Positions 48,399 to 61,700 of a stretch of DNA of 63,605 bases are shown here, piece after piece; position 1 is the stretch's first letter; each line of letters opens with the position of its first letter. Source of the stretch: Trypethelium eluteriae (lineage: Eukaryota); contig JAVECL010000067.1 of NCBI GenBank assembly GCA_051942245.1, forward strand, positions 1 to 63,605, read 5' to 3'. A program made the position numbers and the translations under genes. The notes below the pieces were generated by a model. That model worked only from the letters and a program-made list of their open reading frames with translations, did no database searches and was not told the origin of the DNA.

Positions 48399-50081
48399 AT
48401 GGCTCCGCGACCTAACTCTGCTTTCACCAAAAGGAGTACGCGCCAATCTATAACTGATCCTCGAAAACAGCCCCCGGTTGTAGAGCCCACACGGAGTAGC
48501 GCGCGACTGCGGCAGAAACAATCATCGACTGCCAATGCACCTGCTTTTCAGGCGGCCGGGACGAGAAACAAGCGTCTGCAACAAGACTCTAAAGCCAAAA
48601 TCGACGAGCCAAGAGGTGTGCGCCCTACCAAACAGAGTACCAAACGCAATACCAAAAGGAATGCCAAACGGAAGCGTCCACAGGACTCCGAAACCAAATT
48701 CAAAGCCGAAGCTGAAGATGTGCGTCCTTCCAAAAAGCCCCGAGAACCCCTCCCCTCCGAGAGCAACGAGCAAAAGCTGTCTCCCCCTATGAATCCACTC
48801 TCTGAAAGGAATCTAAAACTGTTTAACTCGAAAGAAATGGATCTCGCAGCTGTTCTGGGCCACAAACGCACCTCGTCGCAGCGTTCTATAGGGCCATCGG
48901 AAACGGGAACAGAACGAACTCAGCGCTCTTCTAATACCAACGCTATTTACCGTCATAGGAATCTTGCGGCCGTCGAGATTCATATGCACGTCGAGCCACC
49001 TGACTATATCCAAGCCGCTATCAATCGCATATTTACCGCTGAGGTATCCACGGAGCGTCGATCCAAACTTCGCCTCACGGCTCAGGAACTCCGTGACAAC
49101 TGCCTCCAAAATGTTGGTGCTTATGCCGGAGAGGATGACTTTATGAATTCACTCTGCACTGCCCTTAAGGCCTTAGGTCTAGAGAACCTCTGTATCCATT
49201 GGAAAGCCGACTGGCAAGCGGAACTTAAGCCAGTGGCGCCCCCACAGTCACATTTCAATTCAAGATTCATATCTGGTACCCGTCAGCTAGAGGTCGACAA
49301 CGTCTCAGCCCCATTGTCGACTGGCAAGCCGTCTATCTCTCGTGAATCTTCAATACCCAATACACCCATTCGTACACTACTTAGTGAACCTCCAGAGTCG
49401 AGCACGGCACCTACTGTAGCTTCGCCAGGATCCTTGATTAAGACTCCCCGCCCCGACATCTCAATAGGTATTCAAATTGCGGCTCTCATCTCTGATCTCT
49501 CATCTCAAAGCCTTAATAAGGCCCAGGCCAGGAAATTCCTCACATGGCTCCAGAACAAGCTGGTGCAGCGTAAGGCAGATAGGCCATTTGAACCAATCCT
49601 GACTTCCGTACCCGCCCCACGCGCCTTAAATCTCGCCTTTCCATTTGCTGTTGTTGAGGGCAAAGCCTACTCGACCGGCAAACAAATTTTCGAGGCAGAG
49701 AACCAAGCTGCAGTTTCTGCGGCGTGCGCATTGAAGATCCAGCTTACTCTGGATAACCTTGTCGATCGTGGAGCGACAGCTTCTTCCGACCCTCGGCTCA
49801 CCACCAACACCACCACCACCTCCAATATCGACCCTCCCCTCTTCTTCGCCATCTGCACTCAAGGCCCTATCCATGAGCTCTGGGCCCATTGGACTGTCGT
49901 TGATGAAGATGGCGTTTGCACATTTGGATCGAAGCTTTTGGACAGCTGTAATGTCTTATTACTCCAGCAGGGGGAGGACTTTCTGGTGAGGCTTTATAAT
50001 GTCGGCTGTTGGGGGTTGGGGCCATTTATGACATCGGTGGTGGAGCGGCTAGGGAAAGTGGCGGAGAAGGCACAGGCATAG
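48399..50081 (+). CDS. 560-aa protein with basic disordered N-terminus and C-terminal PD-(D/E)XK-like domain (fungal DUF7924-type)
   Basis: Intact ORF. NLS-like KRNAKRKRP and KKPR. TPRPDISIG...FPFAVVEGKAY...EAENQAAVSAACAL...FFAICTQGPIHELWAHW. The family name is from recall, not a search. Confidence 0.7.
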   Translation: MAPRPNSAFTKRSTRQSITDPRKQPPVVEPTRSSARLRQKQSSTANAPAFQAAGTRNKRLQQDSKAKIDEPRGVRPTKQSTKRNTKRNAKRKRPQDSETKFKAEAEDVRPSKKPREPLPSESNEQKLSPPMNPLSERNLKLFNSKEMDLAAVLGHKRTSSQRSIGPSETGTERTQRSSNTNAIYRHRNLAAVEIHMHVEPPDYIQAAINRIFTAEVSTERRSKLRLTAQELRDNCLQNVGAYAGEDDFMNSLCTALKALGLENLCIHWKADWQAELKPVAPPQSHFNSRFISGTRQLEVDNVSAPLSTGKPSISRESSIPNTPIRTLLSEPPESSTAPTVASPGSLIKTPRPDISIGIQIAALISDLSSQSLNKAQARKFLTWLQNKLVQRKADRPFEPILTSVPAPRALNLAFPFAVVEGKAYSTGKQIFEAENQAAVSAACALKIQLTLDNLVDRGATASSDPRLTTNTTTTSNIDPPLFFAICTQGPIHELWAHWTVVDEDGVCTFGSKLLDSCNVLLLQQGEDFLVRLYNVGCWGLGPFMTSVVERLGKVAEKAQA

Positions 50082-51442
50082 ATAAAAATTAGTGGAGTTC
50101 ACATGTGCGGAATCGAGCAAGTTTTCTATTCTCTCGGCAGATCAGGCAGATCAGGGAGCGAACAGTTCCCACGCTGTATTCCTCAATAGCTGTGATATCG
50201 CCTCTACTTTACGTTGGGGCATCAGCATCCCAGGCCAGACAACTAGAGAGCTTGATCTGTTCACCTTGGCGCACTTTTGTACATGCACACTGAGTAATGT
50301 AAATACTAAGTAATAGTAACGTAGTAACGTAGATTTTATCATAGTAATAGTAAATGTAATAGTAAATACATTATAATTTACTATTTCTTACAGCACTGGA
50401 TCCGCACTCGACCCATCCTTGGCCATGGCTGAACAAATGTATCATTCCCATTTTGCCCCCTGCTCCATGGGCCCATCGCCGATACTATGAGCGTTGACTC
50501 CGTTGAGGGTCTCCAAGGCTCCAAACTTGGAAGGTGCCGAAGACTTATATAAATGGTGAACGAAACCTCTCGAGGGAAGGAAAAAGCGACCGAATTTGCC
50601 ACCAACCACCCAAACAACAACAAATACCTCTCATGTCATATGTTTTGGGGTTTGACAGTAAATTTTTGGATTCCTGCTGTGCTAATATCGGACAATAATC
50701 TCTCTGGGCAGTAAAAACATGAAAATAATGAGAGGTGAGAGGAGATAGGGCAGAGAATAGGGCAGATGGTCTGTGTCAAAATCGGTCGGTTCTTCCTTAC
50801 CTGAAGAAATACTCATCCTATCCTTTAATTCACTTGCGATCTTGTGATTTAAACCTAAATTTCACCTCTAGTCTCCACGAATTGCAGAATATCTAAATTG
50901 AGAACCCATGGAGAACCCATGCGCTATCTGCATCGCTTAATTAGCTATTTATTTAGTATGGAGAACGTACTAATGGAATTTGAGCTGGCGGCTGCATAAG
51001 CGCAGCGTAGTAATTCAAAAAGAAGGATGAAATGAAGCTACGCCCAATAGCAGCAAGACTGGCTCTCTCAGTCATTTTATTGCGGTGTATACTTCACCAT
51101 GCAACCTATTAGCTGAACTTGCGGAAGATCTGATTTCAACTGGCTTGTTTTGGGGGCATCCTGGGTAAATTAATATCTTCTCGCAGATCCTGAGACGCGT
51201 AAGTCGTAAGAACAGCTCTATGGACCTATCATGGTGTCAGTTTTGAGATGGATCAGGTTTCATTTAAGAGCTGGCAAAGATTAAAAGAGGCTTTATTTAT
51301 CTGGGGTGTGTGATGTTACCCAATTAAGAGAAGTTGACTCCAATTAAGTTTAGATAAGATAAAGGGTACATACGGAGTACACTTACCCAATCGGCGATTA
51401 GTATCAAAACCTGCCCAAACCAGAACAGTTTTCCCCAAATTG

Positions 51443-51673
51443 TGATGTTGTAGTATACAACTAGATCGGAGGAAACAACTCAATTGACCTATCTAGGTCG
51501 CCTGGGGTGCAGGCTACCGTATAGACCTCCCTTGATAAAGGTGAGGGCGAAGAGAAATTAGGATCTACTACGGGGCGTGAGGATCTACATGAAGGGATCC
51601 GAGCGCGCGTGAGATGTGGTAAACACCACCTCCGAGGCTATCTTGATTGGATACTACTCCATGAACAACATCA
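51443..51673 (-). mobile_element. Solo LTR (family A, 231 bp), inverted, with 5-bp TSD AATTG
   Basis: Reverse complement aligns along its full length to 22791-23019 but is more diverged. Termini TGATGTTG...CAACATCA. AATTG at 51438-51442 and 51674-51678. Confidence 0.93.
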
Positions 51674-54379
51674 AATTGGCAAATAGCAAATTCAGCCACC
51701 GATTCCTTAGCACAAGAATTACCAGGTTTAGAAACTGTTTCCAGGGCATTATATATAAAGATACATGTTGCTAAATTGCTTCTTCAATTCTTTACAGCGC
51801 TTGATCATACACCTCAGCTAGCTTACCATAGTTTGCGTAAATTAGTGTGTTGATAGGTGCTTTAGTTCCAGTACCTCCTCTCTTTCTTGTAATGCTCAAG
51901 TAACAACAGCCGTTGCACTATGTATTATTGGCCAGCAACACTGCAAGATTATTGCTCTCACCGGCATATTATCTATTTAATGTTTTGAAGATATACTTTC
52001 TCCAAAGCTGGACGGTGTTATTTTCGACATCAGCCGAAGTGCGGGCGCCGTATCACCATCTGTGTACATCGCCTGTGTCTGTCCTTGTACCCATGACAAA
52101 CCCAATTCTTTTCTTCAATGGATGAATGTTATTTTATGCTTAAATTAACCCACAGAGGATCAAGTGCTGTCATTTTTTCAACAAGTTGGATTCACACCAG
52201 GACTTTTAAGGATTATACTAGGGATTCTGTGAAAGAAAACTCCAGCATAATATAGAGTACAGACTTAGAACACCTTAGCTATCAAGAGCCTTTTCCCTTT
52301 ACGGGACCAAATTGCATTGGGAAGATTGGTTAGAGACGCTGGTTCTAAGGGTAGGATCCGTGTGCGAATTACGTATGTACTTACACGTCAAGTCACCCTC
52401 TTCGCTTATCTCTAATGATCAAAGCGGCAGTGATTTCGTGGCCGTTTGAAATACTCGAGACACTGCTCGAATTTTGGTTGGGTCAAGGCACCCCTGCATG
52501 GCGCCTTGTACAGTGTACTGAGTGTAGTCACCCGCTTTAGGTTTCATATACTTTGGTAGACTTGCCCATCCTCATACGAACGGACCAAAGAGAGAAATTG
52601 AGGACCTCATAGGACTGTTCGTATGAGCCCTTACCCAGTGTTTCTTACTTATTTGTCTTTCCTACATATTCTATTGACGTTCCTTCTCTTGCAAAATATT
52701 TTCAGCGTACCAGAACAGACTCTTTTTACGAGTAGGCGGAAGTTGTACAAGTCTTCGACGACCGTGCGATTATCAATATGCTCCTGAACAGCCTCCCTGC
52801 ATCGAGTATCTTCGCTTTAAGGCAGAATGGGTTTCTCACCTTCTACAAAGCGGCGACTCTACCTACGATCTACCTTACGGCCCTTGCCAGTCGCCGCGCA
52901 TTCTCACGATACTTATTGAATAAGAAATTTATGGGCGAGCGTAGGACTATCGGTCCACAACCTCAGCAATTACCGCCACAGAGAGCTGTCACCAATAATT
53001 TGAGCTTGTTACGGAATCGCGATAGCTCCCAGCACTATGGGTACTATAGAAAATCCCAACAACACTATCGCCCACCGCGCAATGATCATAAAGGACAGCA
53101 GCGAGATACTGAAAATGATATATGGGAGGAATGGCCGAAAACCTCATTTCTGGTATCTGCTATTCTTGGGGTCTATTGCAAGTATGATCATAATCAGTAT
53201 TTCGCCAATCTAGTCGCGGATTGTGTAATGGCTAAGAGGCAGCACGACGGCTAAGAGAAATCTAGAACAGACAATATTGGAGTAAAATAGCCACCGAAAG
53301 TCAATCGAATTGCTAAATCTTAGCCGAATGATTTTATGAAGCTCATTGTCCAGGTATGCCAATACAGCTTTAGGTTGTTGTATCTTCGTTGAAGCGTCAA
53401 TTTGCTGATTTACAGGCGGGCGGAATAGATGCGTCTGCCTCGATTGCGGAAATGTTGACTTTGGAGTATGCATTAGCATGGGAAGATCGCGAAAAAGAAA
53501 AAGACCAGATATATTGCTTGTCACTGTTCTCCTCTCACTTGTTCAGCATTGCCTCTGCAATTGCGCACAGACACAGACGACTTTTTTTTACAGTCATAAT
53601 CTCCTGATAGAGGGTATCCGTGAAAACCAAACTCTCTTCTCGACCCAGATCGACAAGGAATATATACTAAATCAAGGCTATAGAGACTTTTAAGTAACCA
53701 TCAACCTAAGAAACCCCTGGCCAGATCATCAAATTCACTCTCATTTAGACTTACTAAGATCTATTATCTTTGTAATACCTTGGGTAGGGTTATTCGGTAA
53801 TCTCTAGCGGCCGCGTCGTCTCCGAGACTGAAGGTGAGTGATCCGGACTCCTCTTCGATTCCGTATGATCTTATCGTGTTTTCCAAACTGCTTGCCGAAA
53901 TTCAGATATTTGAGCATTCCCTTTATTGAGGAGTGTACTGCAGACATTTGCTGTAGTCGGCGGAATACACAGCTGCTGTGCCGTACTCTACCCCACAGAC
54001 ACGCCAAGCTGATCAACCTCCAAGGTTCCCCGCTTTCTTGGATCTGCATCTCAGGCATCCCCTCCAGCTGGGCCCATCCAGCCAGATCCACCAGAAGGTA
54101 GCGATCTGTATACATACGGTGAGCAAGTACATATCTCAGCCAACGCATGGTTCGCAAGCATCTCCCTTGTCCGATATCCCATTCGAGCTTCCAGAACCAG
54201 TCCCGAGGTTGTGGAGCTGTGAGCCGCGCCCCCCAGATGCATGAAAGATTATGATGTCCAGATAAATGTCTGAAGTACAAAAACAATGAAATTCCTTTTA
54301 TCTCTCATTTGAGAACTCTCCATCTTCTTTCGTCACATCTTCCTTTATCGTAACCACTCTTTTGCAATCATCCGTCAAG

Positions 54380-56090
54380 ATGCGGAACCACATGGCCGCC
54401 GGGTGGTTCTATTCCCCCAAACAAATAGTTCGCTACTTCCTTACTCGTCCCACCTCCCTCAAACCCCCTCGGAGCCGCTTGAGAAACCCCATTAGCGTTC
54501 TCAGCGAGCTTGATCGCCATCAATGGCTGATGTTCTCGGTAGGATTTTGTGCCTGGATGTGGGATGCCTTTGACTTCTTCACCGTCTCTCTCACAGTCAC
54601 CGAGATTGCGGCTGACTTTGGAGAGTCCAACTCTGATGTGTCGTGGGGTATCACCGTGACTTTAATGCTACGGTCTGTAGGCGCGCTGATCTTTGGGAGT
54701 CTTGCAGACCGGTATGGAAGGAAGTGGCCAGTCATCTTCAACCTAACCGCGTTCATCATCTTAGAGCTCGCATCAGGATTTACAAACAGTCTGACCCAAT
54801 TCTTGGCTGTGAGGAGTTTATACGGGATCGCGATGGGGTAAGCTCACTTTCTTCACGTTTACTGCGATGTTTGTGGCTGCTTTTTGCTCCCTCGTCCCAG
54901 TGTCTTACTGACGAGCATGTTTCAGTGGACTCCTTGGCCCTGCAGCTGCCACTGCTCTCGAAGACATCCCTTACGAAGCCCGTGGTATCCTTTCGGGCCT
55001 GTTTCAAGAAGCGTACGCTGTCGGCTATCTTATGGCGGCGCTATTCTATCGTGCCCTCGTCCCCACGACCTCCCATGGATGGCGCAGCCTTTTCTGGTTC
55101 GGAGCCGGTCCTCCCGTGCTCATTATTATTTTCCGGCTTTGCCTCCCTGAGACAAACGCCTTCCAGGTTATGAAAGCCGAGCGAGAGGCAAAACTTGCTG
55201 CCGAGAAGGCGGGAACCAGAGTAGTCGGAGACGGGATACAAGAAGAATCAATGGCAGGAGTGCAAACCGCTGGAGATGTGGAGCGGAAAGGGATCAAAGC
55301 TTTCCTCTCTGAGGCTGGCCGTGCCTTCCGAGCAAACTGGTTTCTGATTATCTATATGATTGTTCTGATGTCTGGCTATAACGCCTGTAGCCATGGTAGC
55401 CAGGATTTCTATCCGACATTCTTGAAAGACCAAGCTGGATTTGGTGCAACAGATGTTACTGTCATCACCGTCGTTGGACAGATCGGCTGCACCATTGGCG
55501 CTTGTGTCTTCGGCTACCTATCTACTTTTGTGGGACGAAGGCTGATCATGATGACGGCTTGCGTATTTGGAGGCGCTTTGATTCCTGCGTATATTCTCCC
55601 AAGAAACATGAGTCTAGTAGCCTCCTCGTTCTTTCAGCAATTCTTTGTCGGTGCGGTCTGGGGACCGATTCCAATACATCTCATCGAGCTTTCGCCGCCT
55701 GCTATGCGCTCATTGGTCGTGGGCTTGACATATCAGTTGGGCAACCTTGCATCTTCAGCTTCAGCGACGATTCAAGGGAAGATTGGTGAAAAACATCCGT
55801 TACCGCCTTTGGCTACCGGTGTGAAGAGATATGACTACGGCATTGTGATTGCAGAGTTCATGGGAGGTGTTTTTGCTTACCAGTTCTTCTTCTTGTTCCT
55901 CGGACCGGAGATGAGCGAGGATGAGAAGGAAGAAATGGCGCAAGAGGCTAAGGAGTTTGAGAGATTGAGAGCCGAAGGAAGGAGTCTGGCAGAGATAGGA
56001 GCGAGTCGTGTCAACACAAAGGACTCCGACTCGGACGAGAAAGCAGCCGGAGAGGTCGAGCATGTTGAGCATCCAGTTGAGACGGTGTGA
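54380..56090 (+). CDS. JEN1: JEN-family carboxylate:H+ symporter (MFS)
   Basis: WDAFDFFTV, LADRYGRKWP and the JEN signature NACSHGSQDFYPT. Intron 54838-54925 (GTAAGC...CTGAC...CAG) restores the frame. JEN1 versus JEN2 orthology not resolved. Confidence 0.9.
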
Positions 56091-57963
56091 TTCGAAGGTC
56101 GTACGCTTGGTAAGCAAGGGTATCTTTTGCCTCTATTCGCCCCTGGTTTCTGCTCTTCGCTAGGCTACAACAATACAATCGCCCTCCTGGAAAGGGTTAT
56201 TCTGATGGTTAGGACTGTACAATAGGCAAATGAATGTGCTTGGATCCATTATATCATGTGATTCATGTAGTGCTGGACTATAAGCAACAGCTCCACGTGT
56301 GCAAGCCGTATTTTTGTAGGCGGCAACAAGACATATCCGTGCCTTCCTACGAACCCTTAGAGGAAACGAAGAAGTGCTTGGGAGATGCATCATCAGAGCC
56401 ATCTCTTGGACCGATTCAACAACTGAATACATGTGCCAGGTTAAAGAAGTACACGTCGCAGTCTGGCATCATAAAGCGTGGTCGAGTATCGTTGTCAACA
56501 TCGTGAAGGTCTCCTAGAATGTTGCGCGTTCACTGCTTTTTGCGCCAATTCGTCGAACAAGTCTAACTTTATACCGAAATATATTATATGGCACCGTTAG
56601 ACGTCATTGTCCCAATCAAATTCGATATAAGAAGCGAAGTCTTCCTCGACTTTGTTGAGGTGAAAGCCTTCTTCAAAGCTCCTACATGAAACTTCTATAG
56701 GCAGTTCATGAACCGATTCCAGACGGGCAAGTCCGCCGCCTCGAATAAGGCCATTTAACGTGCTCGGCATTGCTGCAGCATCTAATGTCGAGTATTCTCT
56801 ATTATTTGACAGCTCGATTCAACCATGCCGACCCATTCCCAAGCCACAGGACAACATAAACGATAATTTTCTGCGAGATTTTCGACGCGAAGTTTCTAAT
56901 GGTAGGACAGACCATTACTGGTGTTGTATTGGACTGGCTCTGTATTGGCCATTCCTGGGTCTCTGTATTTGCTGGCATTGCGACGCAAGCAACTTAAACT
57001 GCTTATTATAGCAAAGTCTAACATCTTAACAAAGATTTGGAGTACTATCTTGTATGGTGTAAATGCGCATTTTCATTCTGCACCTATCTGACAGCGATTT
57101 CTGCATACAAGATCCCAAAGTCATGACCATCACGATGGACGCCATCCATTCGATAGAACACCGCTTTGCTCTGGAGACTGTGGCGAGAATGAATGGCCAT
57201 ATTTGATGAGTTGAGGTCGCTCGGACTTCGGGGAGTATGCTTCGTTGAGGTGGTAGATCCTGGGTGACTGTAAATTTGGGATCGCTACACGGCGACGCGC
57301 ATAGTGACTCGGGGGTTCGAAACCGGAAGCATAGAGAATCAATAGGTGGATGATAATTGAGCCTGAAATCCCATGCGTAGATGCGATACAACCGAGTAAG
57401 ATCATTTCGATGTTCTCTCCGTTTGGGGAGTGATGTTCCTGTGATGGCTGAACTGCTGGAGCGGTATGGATGCGTGACAGCACGTAGTTACTCTCCCACC
57501 AAAAGAACCACAGAGACAGTGGGGATGATGGACTGCTCATAGACGACGAACTTCATTCCTCAAAAAACACCAAGTCGAGTTTTGGTGAATTGGTGCTGTA
57601 GACACGCGGAAGTCGCTCGAACGCGAGAAAAATAATAGATGTAGCAGCACGAAAAAGGGAGTCCAATCTACGGAAAGCGTCGAGTTCAAGTGATTCTGAC
57701 ATAGAAATTGCGCTGGCAGTAAGCGAAGACTCTACTCTGTGGCGTATATGGATGCTGTTGCATACGCAACTCCCGGAATTGCAGCGACCCCTGAATGGCC
57801 TTTGGGAAAAAAGTGTCCGCTTACTGGCGCAGCAAAATTGCCGGGGGATGGACAAACACTTTGGTCCTAACACATAGTTTAGCATCTCATGCTTAATTTT
57901 TCGTGCATATCAACTCACGGCTATTCTAGCTCTATGAACTTCCTAGATGGAGAGGACTAGTAA

Positions 57964-58038
57964 GAGGACCGATGAAAGGACCGATGAAAGGGCCGATGAA
58001 AGGGCCGATGAAAGAGCCGATGAGAGGACCGATGAGAG
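57964..58038 (+). repeat. 12-bp tandem repeat (consensus about AGGRCCGATGAR, ~6 copies) at the start of a GA-rich low-complexity tract
   Basis: GAGGACCGATGAAAGGACCGATGAAAGGGCCGATGAAAGGGCCGATGAAAGAGCCGATGAGAGGACCGATGAGAG. Confidence 0.85.
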
Positions 58039-58877
58039 CACTAGTAGATAGGAGAGCAATACATGAGAGGACAATGGGTGAGAGGAAAATACATGAGAGA
58101 GTAATCGACGAGAGAACTGTTGAGAGATTGGTGAGAGATTGATGAGAGATTGATGAGAGAACCGATAGATGAGAGAACCGAACATGTGCGAGAGCGCCGA
58201 GAGAGGGCCAAATGCGTATGAGAAAGAATCAAGTGGAGCGGAGAGTGGGTGCAAGAGAGATAACTGGATGGAGAGATAGATCTCTTTTCACCTCTGACTC
58301 CCTTGAAGCAGCAGGGCAACCAGAGGATGCTTTTTCTTCTCTCTTCTCTTTCTTCTGACTGCCTCAGAGCAGTAGAGCGATGAGGGGATGCCTTTTCCCC
58401 CTTTCTTCTGACTGTATCAGAGCCGCGGACAAGCGATACATTGAGCTGTGGGCATAGATGTAGCGGTGAAGGGTAGCTCTGCCTCTTCAATGAGGCGTGC
58501 CTCTGCTGGAATATAGCAGAGGAATCAGGGGATGCTTTTTCTTTTTCTTTTTCTTGTTTCTGCAACAGGAGATCAGTCTCAGAGATATAATCAATGGGAA
58601 AGGATGTACTCACCTTGCTAAGAAATGCTGCAAAAATGATCGCAAATTAAAAATTAAAAAGAACGATACCTAAAAAAGAGTAAGTACAAACGAAAGACAC
58701 AGAGTGGAGAAAAAGAATATTAGTAAGTATACTATTAGTATACTTAAAAACTGCCACCCACCTCCCCTATCTGCTCCAACTGCTCCTCCTCCGCCATCTC
58801 CGCCCTCAGCTCCTCAACTCGGCGGGCTAAGCCTCCCGCATTGTCCTTGTTGCTGTCTGGATAAGACTAGTCGGCAA

Positions 58878-59260
58878 GGAGGAGGAAGATTGTCTGTAGG
58901 AGGCGGGGCACCCCCCAGCAAGAAAAATTGGCTGCGGGATGCGTGCACCACCTATCGAGGAGAAGGATTGCCGGTGAGAGGCGATAGTACGCCTCGTCGA
59001 GGAAGAGCATTGCCTGTAAGTGGCAGGGCATCCCTCAATGAGAAGGATTGTCGTGGGAGGCGGGGCACCCCCCAGTAAAGAGGAGGATTGTCGTGGGAGG
59101 CAAGGCGCTCCTCCTCCCGCAGGAGGATTGTCTGTGAGATGCAGGGCACCCCTCAGTGAGGAGGAGGATTGTCGCGGGAGGTAAGGCTTCCCTCATCGAG
59201 ATGATTGAGGAGGAGGACTGTCCATGGGAGGCGGCGGTACCCCCAGTTGAGGAAGATCCA
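58878..59260 (+). repeat. Degenerate ~38-42-bp minisatellite, about 9 units (GAGGAGGATTGTCNGTGGGAGGCRGGGCACCCC...)
   Basis: GAGGAGGATTG...GGGAGG...CACCCC cores recur at roughly 40-bp spacing. Confidence 0.75.
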
Positions 59261-60776
59261 CCACGCCTACCTCCATTCTGCCTTTCCCTCTACCCAAAGC
59301 CTGCGGACCAGTGAGGGAGGTGAGAGAGAGGTCTGGTGGCTGGTGGCGCCAGCTGCGGCGCCGCCCTGCAAGACTCTTGGCTACATCGAGAATGTTGCAG
59401 TTGGAGACACGAGGGACTTGCGCTACGGGCTATTGGATTGGGTGAACCTGGAACAGAGGGACTGAATTGAAAATACAGGGAATACGTTTAAGATTTGAGT
59501 CTTGGGTGAGAATGAGCAAACAGATCTGGTTTACTTACTGAGGCTGAGCGGCTTGGGCCCGGCGGAGAGAGAGTCAGACGGTGAGACAGAAGACGGGACG
59601 TTCCTCTAGAATTTCCAAGGTCTAAAGAGTGTAATTCTGCACTGCGTGCAAGGAGGAGAGAAAAGAAGAGGATAGCTTTGAGAAGCGATTATTGGAGATG
59701 AGAAGATTGAATCGAACTGGAGAAGCCTGCTGGGGAAGAGAAATGAATTGAATTGAATCGAATCGTAGAAGCCTCAATCTACAGAGGGCGGATGAGAGTG
59801 ACTACCTACATAGGCTGGTAGAAATAAGGTAATCGCTACACCCAAAGGGTCCTCACCTACTCTACCCACAGAGGTACCGTAGCTTCCGTCTCGCAATAGA
59901 ACCTTCCTCGTGCTATCATTTACTCGCCTTTGGGCAGTCGCCCGGCATCTCCTTCCTGCAAATTCTGAAATGCCAACGTTTGGCGAAGAGAAAGGTGATC
60001 GTAGCCCCGGAGTTGAAGTAGTCTCCTACACTTGAGAGTGACCAGCTTGGATTGAGCCTGCCTGAGTTGCAAAGACAGCGGCATTGGGGACCTCGGTAGT
60101 CTTTACTTCATTTGTACTAGCGCATATCCTACTCTACACGAGATGAGTTAGTCTGGTTTGCAGTTCCTTCCGAACCCAGACCTAACAACAATCAACCTCA
60201 GATTCCAGTTTCGTCAATTCTAACGGTAGAAAGAGGAGGCGCGCCTAGAGCCCAAAAGAAGGCGCAGGCTCGACCAAGAATGCTTTCCAAATGTGTTTAA
60301 ATCAGGGTTGAGCTAATTCGGAAATTGAGTCGGTTCAGAGTCGCGCTACCTACCACTCCATGCGGGTGACAAAAATCCTGAGACACCCCATTTCGGCCGC
60401 ACCTTTATCTCCATCCAAGTAGAGTATTACCACAATCCTACTGGGTCTTGCGCTTTCGAGGTATTCACTGAGAGATGACAGCAAGGTGGTTGCCAAGAAG
60501 CCACGTTGTGTCCAATGCGCCGGCCAATGACTCATTGACTACGGAATTTGCTACGCCCTACAGAATACATGCTTACCCGTAAAGGCATGTCAGGAGCCAG
60601 AATTGGCATGGTAGATCTTCGAGGGACTGAAAGGAATTTGGGGAGAAAAGGGCGCTCACGCCTCTAATTGCATCCTTCCTCCTGTCAGTGAGCGACAGTA
60701 TCTCTCGGCTTGTAATATTGCCCTAAGGAGCATCGTAGCGTTGCCTCCGTTCGTCGATCTCGGATCGTAGTGAGAT

Positions 60777-61700
60777 ATGTCATCGAAGCATGCCTGGAAG
60801 GTGGATCTGATCCCGTGGGACCACAGATCTACGGAGCAAATCGCCAGGCTATATGAACAGAGAGTAGCCTGTGGTTGGATGGCTGAGGAAATTCCTTCTT
60901 TCGTCAAATTAGCCAACAAGGGCGGAAAGGTCTTCTACTGGGTTGTATGTTGTTGTTCTCAGTTCTGACCCCCTTCGCGAGTGGCGTGCCTTGTAAAATG
61001 ATATATGATAAATCTACTGGATACTCAGAGATCATAGGTCCTTGCAGACGAGGTCCCAGAGCAAGAGATCCTTCTGAAGAGACACTTTGTGAAATATCCC
61101 AAGGTATGATAACTAACAGCGCCATTGTGGATTTTGCTAATTTACCACAGGAAGCGTCGCCTTTGACAGACACCGCGGGTCAAGTTCGCCTAGTTTCCCG
61201 AGTACCGAGTGAGCAGCAGTTCGTGCCGATTGGGCATATTGCTCTAGACATCCATGCGCCTGAGGAGGATGAAAAACTTGGTCTACCACGGTCTGGAGTT
61301 GTCTGGGTTCACCAACTCTATATCTCGTACGCTTTGCAAAGTGAAGGCTTCGGAGTAGCCGCCATGTCAAAAGCCGAGCAACTTGCTACTTCAGAGCCGC
61401 TCAATGCCTCAATCATGGCAGTTGACACCATGGTCAAGGAAATGCATATGGACGCTGCGATCCAGAAGATTTCGTACGACGACCGAGGCTTGCCACGCCC
61501 AACTGTAAGTCTCTTGTAATTTTTTTCCAGAATACGGTCTGGGGCTGTTGCTGACTTACATCTGTTAGAAATCGAATGAAGAGTGGTATATGCGGTTGGG
61601 TTATCAGATCTTTGCGCGGACCAAAGAAGGGTACAAGAAAAGGCATTCGAGTGGGACAATTGCGCTCGAAATCGCCTTTCTGAAGAAGAGCCTACATTAG
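60777..61700 (+). CDS. GNAT-family acetyltransferase-like protein (4 exons)
   Basis: Introns 60945-61037, 61104-61150 and 61505-61568, all GT..AG and frame-consistent. PIGHIALD, LYISYALQSEGFG (acetyl-CoA motif A) and EEWYMRLGY. Confidence 0.85.

Noticed and set aside
48399..50081. Spok meiotic-drive gene
   Set aside because: Lacks the Cys cluster and C-terminal kinase domain of Spok proteins.
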